Shown here: piece after piece, positions 41,312-51,068 of the stretch
How the letters are laid out: each line of letters starts with the position of its first letter
How positions within the stretch are numbered: the first letter of the stretch is position 1
Origin: Luminiphilus sp.
GTDB lineage: Bacteria; Pseudomonadota; Gammaproteobacteria; Pseudomonadales; Halieaceae
DNA length: 51,068 nucleotides
Reading direction: 5' to 3'
NCBI GenBank assembly: GCA_029253705.1
Contig: JAQWYY010000278.1
Location: forward strand, 1 to 51,068
Translations under genes and position numbers: made by a program
The notes under the pieces: model-generated
The model's database searches: none
Told to the model about the DNA's origin: nothing
What the model saw: the letters and a program-made list of their open reading frames with translations, nothing else

Positions 41312-41806
41312 TTATTTATTTTTCGAAGCCTCAGCCCAAAGTGCAGACCCTGTCTGCCCTGGCCCCGAGGAAACCCCTACCTCAACCTCGACCAAGCCTT
41401 CTCCCTCACTCAAAGTTATCAATTCACTCAACAAATAATGCGCCAACTCTTCCACTGTGATGTTGACGACGGGTAACAGCCGAGTCTCATCTTGTAAAAA
41501 CTTCAAGGTTCGTCCCGCAAAAGTTACCCAGTATTCGTCATCGTGCTCTTCGATGGTTTGATAAGGTGAATTAGCTGCCACCAACATATACTCATCAAGA
41601 GGCTTGCAGAGATCAGCAATCCGGCGTTTATAAACGTTGTAGTCGGCAGAGAATCCGTTGCTTCCCATGGGAGCCACAATGCGCGCTGACACCGAGTAAT
41701 TGTGCCCGTGCAGGCGCTCGCGCTCGGTGGCCGTGAAAATCGTGAAGTGCGCTGCTGAAAATTTGTGCGCTTCCTTGTCGATGAAAAGTGTTGTCAAACG
41801 AGCCAT
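41312..41806 (-). CDS. 6-pyruvoyl-tetrahydropterin synthase/QueD superfamily (COG0720) protein with PTPS-III-type EX2HGH motif
   Basis: FSAAHF...ERLHGHNY zinc-binding histidines and NITVEELA; no Cys before HGH. Confidence 0.88.
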   Translation of the reverse strand: MARLTTLFIDKEAHKFSAAHFTIFTATERERLHGHNYSVSARIVAPMGSNGFSADYNVYKRRIADLCKPLDEYMLVAANSPYQTIEEHDDEYWVTFAGRTLKFLQDETRLLPVVNITVEELAHYLLSELITLSEGEGLVEVEVGVSSGPGQTGSALWAEASKNK

Positions 41807-41940
41807 CGTGACCTGCCAGATTTAGGGGGACAGTGTATGGTGGGGGCTGGTGATGCGGTTAGCAAGCCAATAGACAGGTTTGCCATCCAGCTGCTGCAGA
41901 CTTGCGTACCGAACAATGAAAATCAAGGGAAGCTATCAGC

Positions 41941-42651
41941 ATGACACAAACCGCCATTATCACGGGAGCCAGCTCGGGCATTGGAGCTGCCGCTGCAACC
42001 CTGTTCCTCGACGCCGGATATGCCGTGATCAATATTTCCCGCCGCCCATGCCCTGTCAGCGGGGTCACGGATTTCTGCGGTGATTTAAGCGACCCGAAAT
42101 CGGTTGAGCAACTGGCAAGCTCTCTGTCTCTGCGACTTAAGGAAACCAAGCCCGCCTCTGTGAGCCTAATTCACAACGCCGCGTTAATGCTTAAGGACAC
42201 GGCAGACCGCACAGATGATGCATCACTGGCAAATGTTCTGCAGATCAACACCCTGGCCATAAATAGCCTTAACCGTGAGCTTCTGCCGCTGATGCCCAGT
42301 GGGTCAAGCGTGTTATTTGTGGGATCAACCCTCTCTGAAAAGGCCGTGAAAGGCGCCTTTAGCTATGTCGTCAGCAAACATGCACAGCTGGGAATGATGC
42401 GAGCCACCTGTCAGGATCTAATGGGTCAAGGAATTCATACCGCCCTTATTTGCCCTGGATTCACAGATACTGAAATGCTGCGTAATCATATTGGTCAGGA
42501 CGAAAAAATCATTGAGGCCATTAGCTCCATGAACAGCTTTGGCCGCCTTGTAGAACCTGAGGAAATTGCCCGTTTGATTTTCTGGGCGCACATTAATCCC
42601 GTAATCAATGGTGCCGTATTACACGGCAACTTGGGGCAAGTGGAGCACTAA
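41941..42651 (+). CDS. Short-chain dehydrogenase/reductase
   Basis: TGASSGIG, HNAA, catalytic Ser (VGS) and YVVSK, CPGFTDT. Confidence 0.92.
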   Translation: MTQTAIITGASSGIGAAAATLFLDAGYAVINISRRPCPVSGVTDFCGDLSDPKSVEQLASSLSLRLKETKPASVSLIHNAALMLKDTADRTDDASLANVLQINTLAINSLNRELLPLMPSGSSVLFVGSTLSEKAVKGAFSYVVSKHAQLGMMRATCQDLMGQGIHTALICPGFTDTEMLRNHIGQDEKIIEAISSMNSFGRLVEPEEIARLIFWAHINPVINGAVLHGNLGQVEH

Positions 42652-42653
42652 TC

Positions 42654-43433
42654 GTGGTGAGTGAGCTACTAAGGGAGCGGCGCGAACGGGTCTTTCTAGT
42701 ACTGGCAGCGGTGTTTTTAGGGGCCATGACACTGCTCAATGTCGTAGGGATTACCCGCTTCATACAGTTAGGCCCTTTAGCCTTAGCGGTTGGGGTCTTG
42801 CCCTACCCGCTCACGTTCCTCTGCACAGATTTAGTGTCAGAGCTCTACGGCCGTGGGCGCGCGAACTTTTTAGTGACCGTGGGACTGGGTCTTAATTTTT
42901 TAATTCTCGCAGTGCTAACTTTGGGAAATCTGGCTCCCTCGGTACCGCCGGAGACTATGCCCCCATGGCAAATCATCCAGTTAGCCGAGCCCGTGGCGTT
43001 GCCAAACGGGGACATCGTCGGTGGGCAGATAGGGTTGTTTGAGCTGATTTACGCCACAACTTCCGGAGCGGTCTTCGCCTCGATGCTGGCCTACATCACG
43101 GCGCAATACTGCGATGTGCAGCTGTATCACTTTTGGAAACGCCTCACACGGGGTAAGCACCTGTGGCTACGCAACAACTTCAGCACCCTACTAAGCCAAA
43201 TGGTAGATTCTATTATGGTCATCACCGTCACTTTCGGTGCGGTTTACTGGCGCGGAGAGATGGCATTTAACACGCTGCTAGTACTGGTCGGCAGTAACTA
43301 TGCATTTAAAGCGCTTTCTGCCCTTGCAGACACAGTACCGTTGTACTTGCTGGTTCGCTGGCTACGCAGCTATTTAGAGCTGGGCCCCAACGACTACGCC
43401 GTTACCGTTACTGATCCAGCGACCACAGCTTAA
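42654..43433 (+). CDS. Queuosine precursor (preQ0/preQ1) transporter, YhhQ/Vut_1 (DUF165) family
   Basis: GVLPYPLTFLCTDLVSELYG, ASMLAYITAQYCDV, WLRNNFSTLLSQMVDS, DTVP. Confidence 0.9.
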   Translation: MVSELLRERRERVFLVLAAVFLGAMTLLNVVGITRFIQLGPLALAVGVLPYPLTFLCTDLVSELYGRGRANFLVTVGLGLNFLILAVLTLGNLAPSVPPETMPPWQIIQLAEPVALPNGDIVGGQIGLFELIYATTSGAVFASMLAYITAQYCDVQLYHFWKRLTRGKHLWLRNNFSTLLSQMVDSIMVITVTFGAVYWRGEMAFNTLLVLVGSNYAFKALSALADTVPLYLLVRWLRSYLELGPNDYAVTVTDPATTA

Positions 43434-44106
43434 GCTCGACGAGCAACGGAATCGTAACGGGACGACTTCGGGCTAAGGCCGCGTGATCGAGCTCGTCGAG
43501 CAAGGTCATTAACGCCTCAGTACCCCGCGGCGCCCGACTCAAAATATATTGCACCACCTCGTTAGAGAGCTTCAGCCCCCTTTGTGATGCCCGAAACTGA
43601 AGCAAATCTCCCAGCTCGTTCTCGCTCAATGCCGGCAGATGATAAATCACCAGCTCACCCCAGCGAGACCGCAGATCAGGTAATACTTCAGTCATCTGTG
43701 CAGGTGGGGCTAATCCCGCGTAAAGCTGAGGAATACCCGCCGCCTTTAATTGATTAAAACTGTGGAACAGGGCCTCCTGCCAGTCATCTCTGTTAAAGGT
43801 AAGCTGGATATCATCAATCAGTACCGCGTCGCTGGCCACAACCCCCTCAAGCACAGCCTCCGGTGGGTGCTGAAGTAGCTCTGTCATAGGCAAGTAGAGG
43901 GCTCGTGGACCGATCGCTCGGCTGATACCCTGCAGCAAATGACTTTTGCCCGCCCCTTGGGGACCCCAAAGATACAGCGATTGACCTGCCCCTTTCAGTA
44001 AGGCTTCGACCTCAGTCAGTAACTGGAAAAGATCGGGACGAGGCTGAAAGTTTTCCAGATTAAGATCGTTATCAACAGAGATTTTTAAGGGTAGCTGATC
44101 AACCAC
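43408..44106 (-). CDS. hda: DnaA regulatory inactivator Hda
   Basis: Clamp-binding QLPL, WGPQGAGKSHLL, LIDDIQ, WQEALFHSFN, PDLRSR. GTG 44106 chosen because the track start overlaps the upstream gene. Confidence 0.92.
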   Translation of the reverse strand: MVDQLPLKISVDNDLNLENFQPRPDLFQLLTEVEALLKGAGQSLYLWGPQGAGKSHLLQGISRAIGPRALYLPMTELLQHPPEAVLEGVVASDAVLIDDIQLTFNRDDWQEALFHSFNQLKAAGIPQLYAGLAPPAQMTEVLPDLRSRWGELVIYHLPALSENELGDLLQFRASQRGLKLSNEVVQYILSRAPRGTEALMTLLDELDHAALARSRPVTIPLLVELKLWSLDQ

Positions 44107-44119
44107 ATTGGCCCCATGT

Positions 44120-45190
44120 TCAGTCGCTGCGATAGGTGTCAGTATTGCGGTAGTAGCCAACAGCATGTCGACAAAAAACCACAATAACGGCAGCGACAGG
44201 GAGTGCCAGCAATACGCCAGTAAAGCCCGCAAACTGCCCGCCCGCCAACAGTGCGAAGATAACCATGACGGGGTGCAATCCGATTCGATCACCAATTAAT
44301 AAAGGCGTGAGAACCATACTTTCCAGCGTTTGACCAACGCCAAAAACCAGCCCAACCCAAGCGATTAGGCCAAGATCACCACCTGACTGAAACCAGGCAA
44401 CTATGAGCGAACTGCCAACACCCAGCACAGCACCGGCATAAGGGATAATAGACGCTAGGCCCGCCACAGTTCCAAGAATAAGGGCAAAATCTAACCCTAC
44501 AAACCACAAGCCCGCGCTGTAAATAAAAGCCTGAGCGAGCATGACTAAAAATTGGCCCCGAATGAAGGCACCGAGCACGTCATTGGCTTCGGCGGCCATT
44601 CGACTCAGGTCTTGCTGCCAAGCGATTGGCACAAGGTCAAGTATCGCCGCCATCATGCGATCCCAATCGCGCATCAGATAAAACGCCACCACCGGTATCA
44701 ATGTCATATTGAAAACCGCAGCAATGACACCAAACCCTGATCGAGTGAGGCTAGCTACCGAGGTCGCCAACAGTTTACCTACCGATTGCCATCGCGCAGC
44801 TAACTCAGCTTCCCAATCGATAGGCGGTAAATGCACTGGACTCACACTAATTCGCTCATGTATCGCCGGCAAAACTGAGGTCGATACCCATCGATATAAT
44901 ATCGGCAGTTGCTTGATGGCTTGATCAAGCTGATCAATAAGGAGGGGAACCCCCACCAATAAAATTACGGTGGTCACCAATATCAGTATCAAGAAAACCA
45001 AGATCACACCTGACGAGCGACCAAACCCTCGCGTTTCAAGTGCATCGACCACCGGGTCCCCTAAATAGGCAATAAGCGCCCCCACTAAAAAAGGCGCCAA
45101 AATAGGGTGCAGAGCCCAAATAAACACCGCCATTGCTGCTATTAGACCCAATACAAAGGGCCATCTATTGACCGCAGATTGAATACTCAT
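44120..45190 (-). CDS. AI-2E family transporter
   Basis: PILAPFLVGALIAYLGDP, FYLMRDW, FIRGQ, IPYAG, IGLHPV, GVLLALP; ATG 45190 overlaps the upstream stop. Confidence 0.92.
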   Translation of the reverse strand: MSIQSAVNRWPFVLGLIAAMAVFIWALHPILAPFLVGALIAYLGDPVVDALETRGFGRSSGVILVFLILILVTTVILLVGVPLLIDQLDQAIKQLPILYRWVSTSVLPAIHERISVSPVHLPPIDWEAELAARWQSVGKLLATSVASLTRSGFGVIAAVFNMTLIPVVAFYLMRDWDRMMAAILDLVPIAWQQDLSRMAAEANDVLGAFIRGQFLVMLAQAFIYSAGLWFVGLDFALILGTVAGLASIIPYAGAVLGVGSSLIVAWFQSGGDLGLIAWVGLVFGVGQTLESMVLTPLLIGDRIGLHPVMVIFALLAGGQFAGFTGVLLALPVAAVIVVFCRHAVGYYRNTDTYRSD

Positions 45191-46236
45191 GGCTGCCCCC
45201 AATGTAAGTTAATACGGTTCGCCGATACATCACCCAAAACAACCAATCGTGATCGGCCTGGAAGCACTCGAGCCAAAGCCTCGGCATTGCTCAAACCGGT
45301 CACGCGGACTCCCAACCTATCTCCAGAGATTTCGTCGATGGTGAGGGAGTCTAATACCGGGAGCTGGCGTAGTATATCAACAACCGATTGATAATCAGTC
45401 AAGCTCTCCACACCCGTAACCGTCACAGCAATGAAGCTCTGCCCTGGCGTTGACTCAAGTGTCACCGCGTAGCGATCGGCCATGGCGTCGACAGCCAAAT
45501 CGACTCCCGCCAACACAACCGGCGTCGTTTCACCGCCTTGGACTTGTATTTGTCGCTGGTCCTCGCTGTCTAAGTAAAGCCAGTCAGCAAGCAAGGAGCC
45601 CGTGGTCAACTGCACATACCGTCCCACTAAAATATGTCCCGTGCCGTACCGTTGGGAGGCGGAGCGAATTCTACTCGCCACACGCTGCCAAACCATTTCG
45701 GGGGACAGCTTGGCCGCATCCTCAAGGTCAAGCAGGGGCAAGCGTAGGTCAATGCCCCTTGCCGAAAAGGCATCGGATAGTTCAAGAAGTAAAGCACCGT
45801 CTTGGCTCACTGTCGCAAACCGGCGACTGTAAGGCTCATCTACCACTAGCCAGAGCAAAACCGGCGGTCTGTCCTCGGACCAAAAAGTCGCGTCTGACTC
45901 GCGCAATATGCTTTTCACTAGTACATCGTCGAATGAAGCCTGTAGGTAGACCTTGCCGCTCTCTTGCTCGAAGCTATACAACGATACACGGTCGCGAGCC
46001 ACTCTTAGAGCAGCCGCAACAGTCGGATTTTTAGCAATTTCCTCATTGCCAGACACCCTAATCAGCACTCGGTTGAGGGCCTCCCGCGCCCCTGATGCCA
46101 ACGCTGCATCACTGCGATCAGGAACTTCAACGCGCGCTGCATAAAAATCTGACTGCGCAAACGCAGGGCAGGCCATGGCTAATAAGAGGATAAAACGACC
46201 GATTCGGCCCTGAAATATGCGAAGTAGTTTTAACAT
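45187..46236 (-). CDS. DUF2066 family exported protein
   Basis: Signal peptide, [30 protein letters not shown]; conserved purM-divergent DUF2066/AI-2E/hda context. Confidence 0.85.
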   Translation of the reverse strand: MLKLLRIFQGRIGRFILLLAMACPAFAQSDFYAARVEVPDRSDAALASGAREALNRVLIRVSGNEEIAKNPTVAAALRVARDRVSLYSFEQESGKVYLQASFDDVLVKSILRESDATFWSEDRPPVLLWLVVDEPYSRRFATVSQDGALLLELSDAFSARGIDLRLPLLDLEDAAKLSPEMVWQRVASRIRSASQRYGTGHILVGRYVQLTTGSLLADWLYLDSEDQRQIQVQGGETTPVVLAGVDLAVDAMADRYAVTLESTPGQSFIAVTVTGVESLTDYQSVVDILRQLPVLDSLTIDEISGDRLGVRVTGLSNAEALARVLPGRSRLVVLGDVSANRINLHWGQP

Positions 46237-46338
46237 ACTGTAAGTTTACCAGTGAAAACCTTGGAGCGTTGCTTCCCTAGTTCACAAGCAGCCAGTACCC
46301 TGTCAGCACTACCAATGACCCCAATGGCATTAGCACCC

Positions 46339-47382
46339 ATGAGCGATACCTCAAACAAGCCCACCCTCTCTTATCGAGACGCCGGAGTCGACATCGACGC
46401 AGGCAATGAACTGGTTGATCGCTTGAAAAGTGTCACCGCAGCAACCCGCAGACCCGAGGTGATGGGCGGCATAGGCGGCTTTGGTGCTCTGGTGGAGATA
46501 CCCCAAGGCTACACACAGCCAGTGCTTGTTTCGGGTACCGATGGCGTTGGCACAAAACTCAGGCTGGCTATGACAGCTGGACGCCACGATACGATTGGCA
46601 TAGATCTGGTGGCGATGTGCAGTAATGATATTGCTGTGGTGGGTGCAGAACCGCTGTTGTTTCTTGACTACTATGCCACGGGGAAGCTGAATGTTGACGT
46701 TGCGGCAGAGGTTGTCACAGGCATTGGTAAAGGCTGTGAGCTAGCGGGCTGCGCGTTGGTAGGTGGTGAAACCGCAGAAATGCCTGGCATGTATGAAGGC
46801 GAGGATTATGACCTCGCCGGGTTTTGCGTGGGTGTGGCAGAAAAAAAAGATATCATCGACGGTAACAAAGTTACGGCGGGTGACGTGCTCGTCGCCCTTC
46901 CCTCCAGTGGCCCCCACGCAAATGGTTTTTCTCTCGTTCGAAAAATCATAGAGGTGCAATCTGCTGCGCTAGACACTCCTCTCTCTGACGGACAAACACT
47001 GATAGACGCGCTGCTAGCACCCACTACAATTTATAATCGCGACCTTTTGTCCCTGCAAAAAGCCGTGCCAATACACGCCATGGCTCACATTACCGGAGGC
47101 GGCCTCCCCGAAAATTTACCTCGAGTCCTGCCAGCTGGCTGTACTGCCCGAATTGATTTGACTAGCTGGCGCCCAGCCGCTGTTTTTGAATGGCTGCAGC
47201 AAGGCGGGAACGTTGAACAATATGAAATGTTAAGGACCTTTAATTGCGGAGTCGGCATGATCGTTGTTGTGGCTGCTGACCAGGCACAGAAAACCCTTGA
47301 TCACCTTGCCAGCACGGGCATCAACGCTTGGCAAATAGGTGATATTGCCAGCGGTGCTGGAGGAGTCGAGTTCTCAGGATGA
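46339..47382 (+). CDS. purM: Phosphoribosylformylglycinamidine cyclo-ligase
   Basis: [46 protein letters not shown]; ATG 46339. Confidence 0.98.
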   Translation: MSDTSNKPTLSYRDAGVDIDAGNELVDRLKSVTAATRRPEVMGGIGGFGALVEIPQGYTQPVLVSGTDGVGTKLRLAMTAGRHDTIGIDLVAMCSNDIAVVGAEPLLFLDYYATGKLNVDVAAEVVTGIGKGCELAGCALVGGETAEMPGMYEGEDYDLAGFCVGVAEKKDIIDGNKVTAGDVLVALPSSGPHANGFSLVRKIIEVQSAALDTPLSDGQTLIDALLAPTTIYNRDLLSLQKAVPIHAMAHITGGGLPENLPRVLPAGCTARIDLTSWRPAAVFEWLQQGGNVEQYEMLRTFNCGVGMIVVVAADQAQKTLDHLASTGINAWQIGDIASGAGGVEFSG

Positions 47383-48035
47383 AAGAGGGCTCGGGGCGTC
47401 TGGCGCTACTGCTCTCTGGCAGAGGTAGTAATCTTGGGGCGTTCTTACGAGCGCAACAGGCTGGCGAACTTAGGGGCTCGGTTGAGGTTGTCATTAGCAA
47501 TCGCCCCGAGGCTGCGGGTCTGAGAATAGCGCAAGACGCCGGCATCGCTACCGCGGTGGTCGATCACACCTTGTATGAGTCCAGAGAGGCCTTTGATCAG
47601 GTTCTGGCGGAGAAAGTAGCCCAGTTTAAACCCGACGTGATTGTTCTAGCCGGGTTCATGCGCATCCTGACTACCCATTTTGTTAACCGTTTTCGCGGCC
47701 AACTTATTAATATTCACCCTTCACTGTTGCCAAAGTACCGCGGGCTGAACACCCATCAACGGGCTTTGGATGCGGGGGAACATGAAAGTGGTGCCACCGT
47801 TCATTTTGTGACCCCGGGTCTCGACGAGGGTCCGGGTATCTTGCAAACTCCAGTACCTATAGAACAGGGGGATACCGCCGCCACGCTGGCCAGCCGCGTA
47901 TTACCGTTTGAACATAAGCTATATCCGTATGCCGCGAACCTTGTGTTGACCGGCCAGGTAAGCTTGAAGGCTCAGGGCGTGGTGTGGGGTGACGAAATAC
48001 TACCTGCAGGAGGACGGCTTTGGAGACCCAACTGA
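47379..48035 (+). CDS. purN: Phosphoribosylglycinamide formyltransferase
   Basis: [38 protein letters not shown]. Confidence 0.97.
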   Translation: MKEGSGRLALLLSGRGSNLGAFLRAQQAGELRGSVEVVISNRPEAAGLRIAQDAGIATAVVDHTLYESREAFDQVLAEKVAQFKPDVIVLAGFMRILTTHFVNRFRGQLINIHPSLLPKYRGLNTHQRALDAGEHESGATVHFVTPGLDEGPGILQTPVPIEQGDTAATLASRVLPFEHKLYPYAANLVLTGQVSLKAQGVVWGDEILPAGGRLWRPN

Positions 48036-48754
48036 TGATGAAAAATTTCGTTGCCGCCCTGTTTTTGTCATTGGGGACCGTCACTGCTTTGGGTGCTTCA
48101 ACCCCTGAGTCTACTCTGCTGACACCCTATAAAGCCTCTTATCTAACCAAGGCGATGGGGATGAAGGTGCGCATTCAACGCGAACTCGCCCGCGTTGGTG
48201 ACAGCTACACCCTCACCAGCAATGGTAAGTCCATGTTTGCTAAAATCGAAGAGTCTGCTCAGTTCAAGCTGGTCGGAGAGCAAATTCAGGGCATAAAGTA
48301 CAAATACCAACTTAAATCTGTTGTGCGCCGACAACGGGAGGTTGTTTTTTTACCGGAGGCCGGCCTCATCAAGAGTTTGAAAAAGGACGAGTGGACAGAC
48401 CACGTATGGTCACAAGGGGTTCTCGACCAACTTAGTCAACAGGAGCAGCTTCGCCTTAACCTTAAATCATCAGCCCAATCCTCTGAGGCACCACCAGAGA
48501 CCCTCGAATTCAGAGTTGTCGATGGGCCCAGAATCAAGCAGCGAACATTGCAATTTGTGGGGAAAGAAACGCTGAAAACAGCGTTGGGCGACATAACAAC
48601 ACTGCACTATAAACAGGTTCGTGCGCCTGACGCGAAGCGGCGTTCCGCGGTTTGGCTCGCACCTTCGCTGGACTATTTAATGGTGCGCACCCGACACGAA
48701 GAAGATGATTCCACGATTGAAATCCTTATTGAATCCCTGAATCTGGCACCTTAA
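48035..48754 (+). CDS. DUF3108 family exported protein
   Basis: Signal peptide, PYKASY, ETLKTALG, WLAPSLDYLMVR; conserved position after purN. Confidence 0.8.
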   Translation: MMKNFVAALFLSLGTVTALGASTPESTLLTPYKASYLTKAMGMKVRIQRELARVGDSYTLTSNGKSMFAKIEESAQFKLVGEQIQGIKYKYQLKSVVRRQREVVFLPEAGLIKSLKKDEWTDHVWSQGVLDQLSQQEQLRLNLKSSAQSSEAPPETLEFRVVDGPRIKQRTLQFVGKETLKTALGDITTLHYKQVRAPDAKRRSAVWLAPSLDYLMVRTRHEEDDSTIEILIESLNLAP

Positions 48755-48765
48755 GCAAACAATCC

Positions 48766-49332
48766 TCAAGCTTTGGGCAACGTCACACCGCGCTGTCCCT
48801 GATACTTCCCCCCGCGATCAGCGTAGCTGGTTTCGCAAACCTCATCGGATTCAAAAAACAGCATCTGAGCGACACCCTCATTGGCATAAATTTTCGCTGG
48901 CAGCGTCGTCGTATTCGAAAATTCGAGGGTGACATGCCCCTCCCACTCAGGCTCCAGTGGCGTTACATTCACAATAATCCCACAGCGCGCGTAAGTGCTT
49001 TTTCCAAGGCAGACCGTCAAAACGTTGCGAGGAATCCGAAAATACTCCACCGTGGCAGCAAGGGCAAAGGAATTTGGAGGGATCACACAGACATCACTTT
49101 CTACATGAACAAAGCTGCCCTCGTCGAAGTTTTTAGGATCTACTGTCGCTGAATTGATATTGGTGAATACTTTAAATTCGCGACTACAGCGTACGTCATA
49201 GCCGTAACTTGAAGTACCATAAGAAATTAGCCTTTCATCACCTCTTTGTCGGACCTGACCTGACTCAAAAGGTTCAATCATCCCTTTTGTGTCAGCCATT
49301 TCACGTATCCAGCGGTCAGATTTAATCGTCAA
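48766..49332 (-). CDS. dcd: dCTP deaminase
   Basis: [41 protein letters not shown]; TTG 49332 gives the typical 188 aa. Confidence 0.97.
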   Translation of the reverse strand: MTIKSDRWIREMADTKGMIEPFESGQVRQRGDERLISYGTSSYGYDVRCSREFKVFTNINSATVDPKNFDEGSFVHVESDVCVIPPNSFALAATVEYFRIPRNVLTVCLGKSTYARCGIIVNVTPLEPEWEGHVTLEFSNTTTLPAKIYANEGVAQMLFFESDEVCETSYADRGGKYQGQRGVTLPKA

Positions 49333-49354
49333 AATCAGTACTCCAGCTCTAAGT

Positions 49355-50164
49355 TCAATCGTCGCCCATGGTGATAACGGGCCCTGCGTTAGGTTTGGCC
49401 GCACAAAGGCTCAGCCACAATGCGGACGCTGCCTGCCGAAAGCCCTGAGAAGCCGGATCCTCCGGCGCCTCATGTAACATCGCGACTCCCGCGTCGGCAG
49501 TTTCCCTAACAATCTTGGATAAGGGAAGACTGGCCAGCACATCAACATTGTACTGGCCTGCCATTTCCTCACCACCACCACTGCCAAATATTGGTTCTTC
49601 ATGCCCGCACTGCGAGCACACGTGGGTGGCCATATTTTCAATAACCCCCAGTACAGGGATGTCTACCTTGCGAAACATTTCAATACCTTTCTTGGCGTCG
49701 ATCAGCGCAATATCCTGCGGCGTAGTCACGATGACTGCCCCTGCCAAAGTCGCCTTTTGGGCCAAAGTTAGCTGGATATCACCGGTGCCGGGAGGCATAT
49801 CGACCAGTAAAACGTCCAACTCCCCCCAAAGGGTTTGCTCAAGCATCTGAACCAGAGCACCACTCGCCATAGGTCCTCGCCAGACCATGGCCGTTGTCTC
49901 ATCTGTTAAAAACGCCATGGACATTGCTTTAATCCCATTTATTGGAACAGGATGGAGCCACTTTTCACCCTCCTGCTCAGGCGTTATTTCAGGACTAACT
50001 CCCAACATACGACGCTGACTGGGTCCATAGATATCTGCATCTAAGAGACCTACAGACAAGCCCTGCTGCTGCAGCGCGAAGGCAAGATTCATGGTAACCG
50101 TGGACTTCCCTACCCCTCCTTTCCCAGAGGCAATAGCGACGATATATTTGGGTTGTGTTTGCAT
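49355..50164 (-). CDS. apbC: Iron-sulfur cluster carrier Mrp/ApbC (short form)
   Basis: [45 protein letters not shown]. Confidence 0.93.
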   Translation of the reverse strand: MQTQPKYIVAIASGKGGVGKSTVTMNLAFALQQQGLSVGLLDADIYGPSQRRMLGVSPEITPEQEGEKWLHPVPINGIKAMSMAFLTDETTAMVWRGPMASGALVQMLEQTLWGELDVLLVDMPPGTGDIQLTLAQKATLAGAVIVTTPQDIALIDAKKGIEMFRKVDIPVLGVIENMATHVCSQCGHEEPIFGSGGGEEMAGQYNVDVLASLPLSKIVRETADAGVAMLHEAPEDPASQGFRQAASALWLSLCAAKPNAGPVITMGDD

Positions 50165-50293
50165 TTTTTGGCTGCCCACTGTTCGAACTGGGTTAAAAAA
50201 GGGCTAAGTATACCCAACTGGCTCAACTCAGCATGAAACAGTGGCTGCGTTCCGGTAAACTTCGCCCTCTTCTTTGACAGGCCTTTGCCCCGT

Positions 50294-51068
50294 ATGACTT
50301 CTGCAACGCGGAATATACTCGTCACCTCAGCCCTACCTTACGCTAATGCGCCCCTGCACCTTGGTCACATATTGGAGCAGGTTCAAACCGATATTTGGGT
50401 GAGATTCCAGCGCTCACGGGGACATCATTGTTTGTATGTTTGTGCCGATGACGCTCATGGCACTGCCATCATGCTAGCGGCAGAAAAATCTGAAACCTCG
50501 CCTGAGGCGCATATAGAAGCCGTTAGGCTGAACCATTTACACGACTCTACCGGCTTTCTCATTGGTTTTGACAATTATGCCTCAACCCATTCCCCCGAAA
50601 ATCAGCAGTGGTCAAACGAAATTTTCAGCCGATTAGAAGCGCAAGGGCATATTACAAGCCGTGAAATTACTCAGGCCTTTGACCCCGACAAAGGCCTCTT
50701 TCTAGCCGACCGGTTCATTAAAGGAACCTGCCCACGTTGCAAGGCCCCCGATCAATACGGCGACAATTGCGAAGCCTGTGGGGCAACCTACACCCCCACT
50801 GACCTCATCGACCCAGTATCAGCGCTCTCAGGGGCCACACCCATCGAGAAGGCCTCAGATCATTTATTTTTTCAGCTGTCCCATTTTCAAGAGCTCTTGG
50901 AAAAATGGACCGCAAGCGGCAGTTTACAGCCCGCTATTCGTAACAAATTGAATGAATGGATCGACGCAGGCCTGCAAGACTGGGATATTAGTCGCGATGC
51001 CCCCTACTTTGGCTTTGAGATCCCCGGACACCCGGGAAAATATTTCTACGTCTGGCTCGACGCCCCCA
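50294..51068 (+). CDS. metG: Methionine--tRNA ligase (3' end runs off the window)
   Basis: Manual translation from ATG 50294: [25 protein letters not shown]...CADDAHG...[11 protein letters not shown]...[12 protein letters not shown]...YFYVWLDAP; divergent from mrp as is typical. Confidence 0.97.
   Translation, partial: MTSATRNILVTSALPYANAPLHLGHILEQVQTDIWVRFQRSRGHHCLYVCADDAHGTAIMLAAEKSETSPEAHIEAVRLNHLHDSTGFLIGFDNYASTHSPENQQWSNEIFSRLEAQGHITSREITQAFDPDKGLFLADRFIKGTCPRCKAPDQYGDNCEACGATYTPTDLIDPVSALSGATPIEKASDHLFFQLSHFQELLEKWTASGSLQPAIRNKLNEWIDAGLQDWDISRDAPYFGFEIPGHPGKYFYVWLDAP

Noticed and set aside
41027-41460. Short ORFs 41027-41257 (-), 41223-41438 (+) and 41245-41460 (+)
   Set aside because: They overlap tlpA or the PTPS gene in antisense, the minus-strand one reads through a strong terminator, and none has protein-like motifs; the sRNA interpretation fits better.
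41807-41940. preQ1 riboswitch upstream of SDR-yhhQ
   Set aside because: No preQ1-I-like short stem with an A-rich 3' tail could be identified by eye; an Infernal scan would be decisive.
44107-44295. N-terminal extension of Hda in the ORF track
   Set aside because: Overlaps the AI-2E gene in another frame; the clamp-binding QLPL marks the true N terminus near 44106.
46155-46170. PurR-box-like GCGCAAACG upstream of purM
   Set aside because: Only a half site, non-palindromic, and inside the DUF2066 coding sequence.

Overview
A gene-dense core-chromosome segment (about 52% GC by eye) of a gammaproteobacterium. Gene content and order suggest a marine Cellvibrionales/Halieaceae (OM60/NOR5)-like organism; this is an inference. 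It carries the minus-strand rpsB-tsf-pyrH-frr-uppS-cdsA-dxr-rseP-bamA-skp-lpxD-fabZ-lpxA-lpxB-rnhB-dnaE cluster, the divergent map-glnD-dapC-nth-yffB-dapD-dapE cluster, dapA-bamC-MBL, wrbA-DUF2069-sppA-Nudix, yihY-tlpA, DUF2066-AI-2E-hda opposite purM-purN-DUF3108, and mrp-dcd, with a partial HMG-CoA lyase at the left edge and partial metG at the right. I saw no rRNA, tRNA, CRISPR array, IS or prophage. The best leads lie in the small non-core pockets. (1) A candidate ~130-nt sigmaE-dependent, Hfq-type sRNA at 41138-41268 (-) with its own GAACTT-N17-TCTGA promoter, internal hairpins, an anti-SD-like seed and a U8 terminator. (2) A 'queD-like' enzyme carrying the Cys-less PTPS-III (EX2HGH) signature plus further active-site changes, divergent from an SDR and a YhhQ queuosine-precursor transporter. 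(3) A divergent class III nucleotidyl-cyclase-like protein lacking the canonical Lys and Asn, coupled to rsmJ and a possibly catalytically dead SDR-fold protein. (4) A lipoprotein Nudix hydrolase overlapping the end of dnaE. All family calls come from motif recognition by eye; no searches were run.
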